Shown here: in pieces, positions 57,055 through 64,000 of the stretch
Layout of the letters: each line of letters opens with the position of its first letter
Position numbering within the stretch: position 1 is the first letter of the stretch
Virus record (IMG/VR): IMGVR_UViG_3300026189_000002
Coordinates: 32,001-96,000 of that record
Reading direction: 5' to 3' (one strand)
Length of the DNA: 64,000 nt
Source of the DNA: a virus
Notes under the pieces: model-generated
Database searches by the model: none
Told to the model about the DNA's origin: nothing
Seen by the model: the letters and a program-made list of their open reading frames with translations, nothing else
Program-made: the position numbers and the translations under genes

Positions 57055-57244
57055 TCTATTGTCAAAAATAGTAAAGGTTAATGCTAACTCTAGTGGTTTC
57101 ATAATGGAGGCAAATAGTCCTTCTTATATAAACAATAGATTTTCTAGCTATCACCTTTGCGTAGACCATTTCCACGAAGAAATAGGCATACTGTTATCCA
57201 GCGGAGACATAGCTTATTTTAATTTAGAAAACATATCTTTTTAA
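57029..57244 (+). CDS. Possible small hypothetical protein
   Basis: Fills the gap before dnaE. Start uncertain. Confidence 0.3.
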   Translation: MKHRQKQNNLLSKIVKVNANSSGFIMEANSPSYINNRFSSYHLCVDHFHEEIGILLSSGDIAYFNLENISF

Positions 57245-57296
57245 GTGCAGATCTTTTAATATCGTGTTAAAATTATATTAACAGATTAGGAGTAAC

Positions 57297-60200
57297 ATGA
57301 AAAATAAACCGAACAGATTCTTTGGATTACACGCACATTCAGGGTTTAGTACTTTTGATGGTCTAGGGTATCCAAATGAGCACATGGACTTTTGTTTGCA
57401 AAACGGCTTAGATGGCTGGGCTTTAACAGACCACGGCCACATGAACGGTTTTGGTTATGCTCAATTACACGCAGACAAACTTAAGTCAAAAGGCGTAAAT
57501 TTTAAGTTTATTCCAGGTTGCGAAATGTATGTTCATCCATCTTTGGAAACTTGGCAAATAGATTATGATTTAAGGGCTGCAAGAAAACGCGGGGATTCTC
57601 AAGCAGAAAAAATTCTTTTAGAGCAAAGAGAGCAGATAATTACTCCTATTCACGCAGTTACAGATGGAGACGATGAGGTTTTAGACGTAGGTTTAGATGA
57701 GGCTTCTCTTACTGTTGAAAACGAAGAAGAAACAAAGTCAGCAAAGTTTTATGACCCTATTAAAAGAAGGCATCACTTAGTTGTTCTTCCAAAAACTAGT
57801 ATCGGATTACAAAGGCTTTTTTCTTTAGTATCTAAAGGCTATACTGATGGCTTCTATAGGTTTCCAAGAGTGGACTACAAAATGCTTAAAGAGGCGGCTT
57901 CTGGAGGCCATCTAATGGTTTCTACGGCATGCTTAGGCGGACCTCTTTCTTATGAAGTATTTAGGTTTTTGCAAAATATAGAATTTGATAATCTAAGCCA
58001 AGATTTGTTAAACGACGAGTCTATTTCTAAAAAGATAATTGAGTCAATATCTAACTCGTATGACGATTTATCTTTTGCTATGGGAAAAGATAATGTTTTC
58101 TTAGAGTTACAATTTAACAAACTGCCTGCGCAACATTTGGTCAATAGAGCGATAATAGAGTTTTCTAGAAAACACGGACTAACAGATAAGCTTGTAGTGA
58201 CTTGCGATTCTCATTATTCTAGTCCGGACCACTGGAAAGAAAGAGAGATATATAAAAAGCTAGGATGGCTAAACTACAAAGATTTTGATCCTTCTTCTCT
58301 ACCTTCATCTCGTGATGAATTAAAGTGTGAGCTTTATCCTAAAAACGCTGATCAAGTTTGGGATTCTTTTTTAGAAACCACAGAAGATATGGATTTTTAT
58401 GACGAACAAGAAATTATTTCTGCTATAGAGAGAACACACGACGTAGCTCATGACCTTATAGGAGAAATATCTCCAGATCGTTCAATGAAGCTACCTTCAT
58501 ATGTTATACCTAAAGACACTACGGCTGATCAAGCCCTAGTTGATATGTGCAAAAAAGCTTTAGTAGAAAAAGGGTTTAATAAAAATAGCGAGTATGTAGA
58601 AAGAACAATAAGCGAACTAAAGGTCATAAAGCAAAAAAAGTTTTCCGAATATTTTCTGACTATGAAGAAAATAATCGACGTTGCTTGGAAAAAAATGATT
58701 GTAGGCCCGGGCAGAGGTTCTGGCGCTGGTTCTTTAGTAAACTATCTTTTAGGCATAACTAACATCGACCCGATAAAATATGATTTGTTATTTGAAAGAT
58801 TTCTTGACCCACTGCGTACTGAGTATCCGGATATAGATACCGACGTCGCGGATAGAGATGAGTTAATCGCTCTACTTAGAGACGAGTTTGGAAAAAACAA
58901 CGTAGTACCCATATCAAACTATAATACCTTTAAGTTAAAGTCCCTGATAAAAGATGTGTCTAGATTTTACGGAATACCATTTCAAGAAGTCAATAAAGCT
59001 ATTTCTTCTCTAGAGAGAGACGTAAACAATGGAAGAAGAAGAGATAAAGTTTCAGACGCTACTTTTGATATTCAGCTTGAAGAGGCGCTAAAGTATTCTT
59101 CTAGTACAAGAGAATATCTAGAAAAATATCCAGAAATTTTAGAGCCTATTGGCGTTCTTTTTAAGCAAAACAAAAACCTAGGTAGGCACGCTGGGGGCGT
59201 TATAGTTTCTGAAAACATAGAAGACAGAATGCCTTTGATACTAGCCAAGGGAGAGCTACAAACTCCTTGGATAGAAGGCATGACCGCTAAGCACCTTGAA
59301 ACTTTTGGTTGGGTAAAATTTGACCTTTTAGGATTAGAGACTCTAAGAATAATAGAGAGCACGATTAAATTGATACTGATGAAGTCAGGTGTTAGTGATC
59401 CTACTTTTGAAGACATAAAGAAGTGGTATAATGATAATCTAGATCCTTCTACAATGGACTTAAGTGACCAAAGCGTCTATGAAAACATTTATCACTCAGG
59501 TAGGTTTGCTGGTGTATTTCAATGTACACAAAAAGGTGCTCAAAAGCTTTTTACAAACGCAAAGCCTAATTCCATTATTGATATAGCTACGCTAACGTCA
59601 ATATACAGGCCAGGACCTCTTAGCGCTAAAGTAGACAAGATATACATTGGAGCAAAAAAAGATCCATCAAGCGTCGATTATGGCCATCCTTTGATTAAAC
59701 AAGTTCTAGAGCCGACGTACGGCTGCATAGTTTTTCAGGAGCAAGCTATGCAACTGTGCCACGTCGTTGCAGGAATACCTAAGCTAGAATTAAATAAGAT
59801 AAGAAAAATGATGAAGCCTGGCGGAAACAGTGACGAAAACGTCGAGAAAGCTATGGCGCTAAAGGAAAGGTTTATTACAGGTGCTGTAGAAAATGGTGTA
59901 GAAAAAAACACTGCTGAACGCTTATATGAAAAAATACTTTACTTTTCCGGCTACGGTTTTAATGCTAGCCACGCTGTTTCTTATGCAATTATATCTTACT
60001 ATTGTGCCTGGTTTTTAACTCACTATGAAAAAGAATGGATAACTGCATACCTAGAGTCTTCTTCTGGCAACCCAAAGAAATTATCAAAGGCCATATCGGA
60101 AGCTAAAGGCTTAGGCTACAAAATATCTCGCATCGATATAAATCTTTCTGACAGAATGTGGACTTGCACAGACGACAAAGTTTTAGTACCTTCTTTCTCT

Positions 60201-60887
60201 TCATGTAAAGGTATAGGTGATGCGGCTGTACAAGAAATATTGTCGCAAAGGCCTTATACCAGCGTAGAAGATTTATTTTGGAATAAAGACGGCTCGTGGA
60301 AACATTCTAAGTTAAACAAAAGGGCGATATCAGTTTTATTGCAACTAAGAGCTTTTGACTCTATCGAATGGAAAAGTATGTTTAACTCGTATAAACACTT
60401 TCACGACGTTGTAATAGAGAATTGGAACGATATTAAAAAGAGCACTAAGAGAGACCCGGAAAAAGGCAAAAACTTTCTTAAGTCTTTTCTTTTAGAAAAC
60501 AACACCTCTACAGAATGGACAATGCAAGAGTTAGCAGAAAATAGCATGGCTTTGTTAGGAACTGTTAATGTAGAGATGATAATGCCGGATAATCTTCTAG
60601 ATAGGCTTTCTGAAAAAGGCGTGTATTCTATAGACGAGTGGTCTGGAGAAAATATTCACTGGATGCTATTGACCGATTACATCTCTAAAAAAACAAAGAA
60701 AAACAAGCCTTATTTTATACTAACTGGAATGGGAACTTCCGGAAAAAAGCATAAGATATTTTGCTGGAATCCTCCCGCTGATAAAAAACCTAGTAAGTAC
60801 AAAGTTTTTGCAGTACAATTGCAAAGCGGCGATTACGGTTTTTCTACAACTTGGAGCAAACTTATGGAACTACGTCAAGGTAGTTAA
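57297..60887 (+). CDS. dnaE: DNA polymerase III alpha subunit (family C)
   Basis: PHP motifs HAHS..S..DG, TDHG, GCE and DSHY, plus GPGRGS.AGSL, FERF, PDIDTD, HAGG, KFDLLGL, RPGP and YGFN.SH. Confidence 0.97.
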   Translation: MKNKPNRFFGLHAHSGFSTFDGLGYPNEHMDFCLQNGLDGWALTDHGHMNGFGYAQLHADKLKSKGVNFKFIPGCEMYVHPSLETWQIDYDLRAARKRGDSQAEKILLEQREQIITPIHAVTDGDDEVLDVGLDEASLTVENEEETKSAKFYDPIKRRHHLVVLPKTSIGLQRLFSLVSKGYTDGFYRFPRVDYKMLKEAASGGHLMVSTACLGGPLSYEVFRFLQNIEFDNLSQDLLNDESISKKIIESISNSYDDLSFAMGKDNVFLELQFNKLPAQHLVNRAIIEFSRKHGLTDKLVVTCDSHYSSPDHWKEREIYKKLGWLNYKDFDPSSLPSSRDELKCELYPKNADQVWDSFLETTEDMDFYDEQEIISAIERTHDVAHDLIGEISPDRSMKLPSYVIPKDTTADQALVDMCKKALVEKGFNKNSEYVERTISELKVIKQKKFSEYFLTMKKIIDVAWKKMIVGPGRGSGAGSLVNYLLGITNIDPIKYDLLFERFLDPLRTEYPDIDTDVADRDELIALLRDEFGKNNVVPISNYNTFKLKSLIKDVSRFYGIPFQEVNKAISSLERDVNNGRRRDKVSDATFDIQLEEALKYSSSTREYLEKYPEILEPIGVLFKQNKNLGRHAGGVIVSENIEDRMPLILAKGELQTPWIEGMTAKHLETFGWVKFDLLGLETLRIIESTIKLILMKSGVSDPTFEDIKKWYNDNLDPSTMDLSDQSVYENIYHSGRFAGVFQCTQKGAQKLFTNAKPNSIIDIATLTSIYRPGPLSAKVDKIYIGAKKDPSSVDYGHPLIKQVLEPTYGCIVFQEQAMQLCHVVAGIPKLELNKIRKMMKPGGNSDENVEKAMALKERFITGAVENGVEKNTAERLYEKILYFSGYGFNASHAVSYAIISYYCAWFLTHYEKEWITAYLESSSGNPKKLSKAISEAKGLGYKISRIDINLSDRMWTCTDDKVLVPSFSSCKGIGDAAVQEILSQRPYTSVEDLFWNKDGSWKHSKLNKRAISVLLQLRAFDSIEWKSMFNSYKHFHDVVIENWNDIKKSTKRDPEKGKNFLKSFLLENNTSTEWTMQELAENSMALLGTVNVEMIMPDNLLDRLSEKGVYSIDEWSGENIHWMLLTDYISKKTKKNKPYFILTGMGTSGKKHKIFCWNPPADKKPSKYKVFAVQLQSGDYGFSTTWSKLMELRQGS

Positions 60888-60897
60888 GGAGATTATT

Positions 60898-61719
60898 TTG
60901 AAAAAATTTAAAAGCTTGCAAGATGTTTTTCTAAACTACTGTAAAAACATCACAAAAGCGCCTTTAGTAAATAGCAGAGGTTCTACTCAAAGAGAACTGT
61001 TGTTTGAATCGTTTGAAATAACAGACCCTACTGCAATAGACATAAAAGTAGATGATAGAAAGTTTTCTACAAATTATGCCTTAACCGAATGGCTATGGTA
61101 TCTTTCTTGCGATAGAAACGTAAACAACATAGGTAAAATGGCAAAAATATGGAATCAGATATCTGACGAAAAAGGTGAAGTAGAGTCAAACTATGGAACC
61201 TACATAGCTCCTCAATGGTCTTGGATATTAGGAGAGTTAACTGACGATAGAGACTCTAGAAGAGCAACCATAGTAATAAACCAAGTTCATCATAAGTTTT
61301 CTAACGAAAAAGACTATCCTTGTACCCAGTACATACAATTCTTCATAAGAGAAAATAAGCTTCACATGGGTGTAAACATGAGATCCAACGATTTAATTTT
61401 TGGATTGTGTAACGACGTTTTTACATTTTGTCTTTTTCAACAGCTAATGTTAAATGATTTAAATGACAGGGGCGCAGAGTTGGAGCTAGGAAGTTATTTT
61501 CATCATGCTGGAAGTCTTCACGTTTACGAGAGGCATTTTAGTATGGTTTCTGGTATTAATTCAAAAAATCACAGTAGCGAAGAGTGCAATAAATTTGAGC
61601 TTTCTTCGGGAATAACAATGTCTGGGTGCCCAGTCTTGCCTCAAATGGATATGCCCAAGCAGGAAATGCAAAAATATACTAAGAGCGTAAAGGAGAAAAT
61701 ATTCCGTGAATATTCTTGA
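60898..61719 (+). CDS. Thymidylate synthase superfamily enzyme, probably a dCMP hydroxymethylase or other dCMP-modifying enzyme
   Basis: SNYG, DSRRA, YPCT, MRSNDLIFGLCND and SLHVYERH. AAGGAG SD favours a TTG start at 60898. Confidence 0.8.
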   Translation: MKKFKSLQDVFLNYCKNITKAPLVNSRGSTQRELLFESFEITDPTAIDIKVDDRKFSTNYALTEWLWYLSCDRNVNNIGKMAKIWNQISDEKGEVESNYGTYIAPQWSWILGELTDDRDSRRATIVINQVHHKFSNEKDYPCTQYIQFFIRENKLHMGVNMRSNDLIFGLCNDVFTFCLFQQLMLNDLNDRGAELELGSYFHHAGSLHVYERHFSMVSGINSKNHSSEECNKFELSSGITMSGCPVLPQMDMPKQEMQKYTKSVKEKIFREYS

Positions 61720-61972
61720 AGAAGCAAACTCAATAGTAAACCAGAGGTCAGAAGAAAAAGAAAGGCAGTATGGTCCTTTTAGCGAAGGAATGAAAAGGGC
61801 AGCTTCAATAGCTTCAGGCATGTCGGGAAAAGATGTTGATGCAAACGATATGTACATTGCTTTAGTAGCTTTAAAGCTTAGTCGTCAAAGCTATCATTTT
61901 AAAGATGATAATTTACTGGACGCTGTGGCCTATTTAGGAGCTTGGCACAATTTTATAAAGGATGAAAAATGA
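61706..61972 (+). CDS. DUF6378-like small helical protein (putative nucleotide pyrophosphohydrolase fold)
   Basis: IL.EA..IV...R...YG...LKLSR......D...D...Y pattern. AGGAG SD. Confidence 0.6.
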   Translation: MNILEEANSIVNQRSEEKERQYGPFSEGMKRAASIASGMSGKDVDANDMYIALVALKLSRQSYHFKDDNLLDAVAYLGAWHNFIKDEK

Positions 61973-62406
61973 AAATTTGTAAAACAAGAGAAGTAAAAAC
62001 GCCGAACAGAGGAACCCCGGAGTCTGCAGGTATAGACTTTTTTGTTCCTGACGATTTTGAAAAGTCAGAAATACAACCCGGCCAAGCTATATTTGTACCC
62101 AGCGGAATAAAAGCTGATGTTCCTAAGTCGCACGCCCTGATTGCTTTTAATAAAAGCGGAGTAGCCCTAAGGAAAAATTTAGCAGTAGGAGCTTGCGTAG
62201 TAGATGAAGATTACCAGGGAGAAATACACCTACATCTTTATAATTTTGGAACTGAACCTGCAACTGTATCGCCAGGAGAAAAGCTTGTTCAAATGGTGTT
62301 AGTACCCGTATCTTATGGAGACGTAGAAGTAGTAAACGAAGAATCTCTCTTTCAGCAAGAGTCCGAAAGAGGATCAGGCGGATTTGGCAGTACTGGAATT
62401 TTCTAA
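61969..62406 (+). CDS. dut: Trimeric dUTPase
   Basis: SAGIDF, KSG, VVDEDYQGE, Q and RGSGGFGSTG. Confidence 0.93.
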   Translation: MKICKTREVKTPNRGTPESAGIDFFVPDDFEKSEIQPGQAIFVPSGIKADVPKSHALIAFNKSGVALRKNLAVGACVVDEDYQGEIHLHLYNFGTEPATVSPGEKLVQMVLVPVSYGDVEVVNEESLFQQESERGSGGFGSTGIF

Positions 62407-63410
62407 TGTCTTTAGTTATTAGTCCAATAACAAATCACGCAAATAGAGACCACAGCCATAGAACGGGCTGGGGAAGAATGTGGGCTGCATCTTTAAATAG
62501 CAAGCTAGGCTTTAATAAAGACTGGACTAAAGAAGACAAGGTTTATTTAGAACACGGAATGGAATTTAACGCTAAGTCTAAGGGTGTAAACGTATTTCTA
62601 AAAGAACCAAAGTCGTGGGATAAACTAGCTGAAAAAGCTAAAATGTTATCTAACTTTAATGGAGAATTATACTCTTTAGATATAGACTGTCCGGACTATG
62701 GAGAAAGACTAAAGACAAGAGTTAGGCCTCATTCTACAGACAACTATAAAAATTTAGATTTTGATAAAATATCAGCAGTTTGTAAGAAAGCTAAAACAAT
62801 TAGGCAAAAAGATTTAAACAAAAAAGGCTTGGTTTTAGGCGATTCTCACTCTTTATCTGCCTGGAGAAAAGATGCGCATCTTTGTAGAAATGATGGACAG
62901 ACTTTAAATGGAGCAATCAATAAGGGTTTTGATTTATGGATAGACGATTTTAAAAAAACTAATTTAAATTTTATTAGAACCTATTTTGGAAATATTGATA
63001 TAAGGCATCACATCTGTAGAATATCAACAGGACAAAAAGAGCAGTTATCGACTGTAAGCAGTCTTGTTTCTAGATATTTTAATGAACTAAATAGAGTTAA
63101 AGAAAAATACAGCCTTGACTTAATAGAAGTTGTGGCTGTTTTGCCTATAGAAAATATATCTAGAAAGCTTCCTAAAACTGGATACTATAAAGGAAAACCA
63201 TATTGGGGATCTTGGGAGGAAAGAAACAGAGTGCATATTCATTTTAATGAAGAGTGCGAAAAACTTTGTTTAAAAAATGGTTTTAGTTTTATAAAATGGC
63301 CTAACAGTTTTTACAACGAAAAACTAGAAATGGGATTTGAAAACATGGAAAAGCCTAGGTCAGTTCATGTTAGTCCTAAAAAATATATGTGGGAGGCATT
63401 TAGTGACTAA
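62406..63410 (+). CDS. SGNH-hydrolase-like protein in the DNA-modification cluster
   Basis: VLGDSH, G.TL, FGNIDIRHH and terminal SVH. Confidence 0.55.
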   Translation: MSLVISPITNHANRDHSHRTGWGRMWAASLNSKLGFNKDWTKEDKVYLEHGMEFNAKSKGVNVFLKEPKSWDKLAEKAKMLSNFNGELYSLDIDCPDYGERLKTRVRPHSTDNYKNLDFDKISAVCKKAKTIRQKDLNKKGLVLGDSHSLSAWRKDAHLCRNDGQTLNGAINKGFDLWIDDFKKTNLNFIRTYFGNIDIRHHICRISTGQKEQLSTVSSLVSRYFNELNRVKEKYSLDLIEVVAVLPIENISRKLPKTGYYKGKPYWGSWEERNRVHIHFNEECEKLCLKNGFSFIKWPNSFYNEKLEMGFENMEKPRSVHVSPKKYMWEAFSD

Positions 63411-64000
63411 AATAACAACAAATTTATATTTTGAAGATTTTTTAAGATATTACGAACTTGCAAAAAAAGTTCAGAACGAATGCAACCTAGGCGGTAAACC
63501 TTACGTAGGTTCATGCGGTGACGACTTAATTGAGAATGTTACGATATACGATACTGTAGAAAGAAGGCACGCTGGCTTTCAAAATATGCTTCAGGATATA
63601 TGGCTAGGATCTAAGGCTCCAAAGTTTTATAAGTGGGACGAGGAACATAAAAAAAGAAATAAAACGTATGACAACCTTCATGAAAGATTTAGTAAATACG
63701 AGTGGTTGTTCTTATTCGTTCTTCACAGAATAACAGGATCAGGCGCTTCTTTTGAATCTGATCACGGATATAGAAACACAGCTATTCCTGATTTAGTTGG
63801 TCAAAAATCGTATTATATGATGATGAATACAGTAAGGTATTATCCAAAACCTATGTATACTAGCATAGGAAACCAAATACCTGCATTTCCAAAGCCTTCA
63901 ATGGGATATCAAACAGGAGGAAAATTTTGGTGGGGCCAGCATTCTATTAATTTGGTAGACGATGTTTGGAAATTTATAGATGGCATAAATTCGTCAGGAA
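63403..64000 (+). CDS. Putative DNA base hypermodification protein (aGPT-Pplase / amino acid:DNA transferase-like), 3'-truncated
   Basis: Not in the ORF track. GGGAGG SD plus GTG at 63403, open to the window end (MTKITTNLYFEDFLRYY...DDLIENVTIYDTVERRHAGF...HRITGSG...MYTSIGNQ). Family call rests on loose motif resemblance and context. Confidence 0.45.
   Translation, partial: MTKITTNLYFEDFLRYYELAKKVQNECNLGGKPYVGSCGDDLIENVTIYDTVERRHAGFQNMLQDIWLGSKAPKFYKWDEEHKKRNKTYDNLHERFSKYEWLFLFVLHRITGSGASFESDHGYRNTAIPDLVGQKSYYMMMNTVRYYPKPMYTSIGNQIPAFPKPSMGYQTGGKFWWGQHSINLVDDVWKFIDGINSSG

Noticed and set aside
47348-60887. Inteins or homing endonucleases in recA, helicase, nrdA or dnaE
   Set aside because: Lengths are normal, and no intein splice-junction or LAGLIDADG/HNH motifs were seen. 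The DnaE PHP insert lacks them too.
60808-61719. Calling the ThyA-fold ORF a canonical thyA starting at 60808
   Set aside because: It has Asp at the substrate-specificity position, thyX is present, and the SD supports a start at 60898.
3503-61857. Minus-strand and alternate-frame ORFs in the track (e.g. 7116-7616, 8090-8401, 35102-35716, 42483-42953)
   Set aside because: They overlap well-supported + strand genes, lack recognisable motifs and look like antisense or frame shadows.
1-64000. Stop-codon reassignment
   Set aside because: Genes are full length and densely packed under the standard code, with TAA, TAG and TGA all used as stops.

Overview
The window comes from a large, AT-rich myovirus (a jumbo-type tailed phage with T4-like morphogenesis genes). 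Every convincing gene is on the + strand and reads in the standard code. Positions 1-43.9 kb hold the virion module: a 5'-truncated portal, prohead protease, several head-internal proteins (four are tandem paralogues), scaffold, two major capsid paralogues, a stand-alone PAS protein with a membrane-anchored partner, neck and tail-completion proteins, three tail sheath paralogues, tail tube, a frameshifted chaperone pair, tape measure and baseplate. Positions 43.9-64 kb hold replication and nucleotide metabolism: a compact PolA domain, gp32-like SSB, RecA, 5'-3' exonuclease, DnaB helicase, class Ia RNR, a ClpP-like protease, ThyX, DnaE and the start of a probable cytosine-modification cluster. 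The most unusual locus is the capsid region. The two capsid genes share a near-identical core around different surface inserts. The second has its own promoter and a structured leader of about 250 nt with pseudoknot potential. A roughly 170-aa domain in capsid 1 recurs inside tail sheaths 2 and 3. All calls come from reading motifs by eye; no searches were run.
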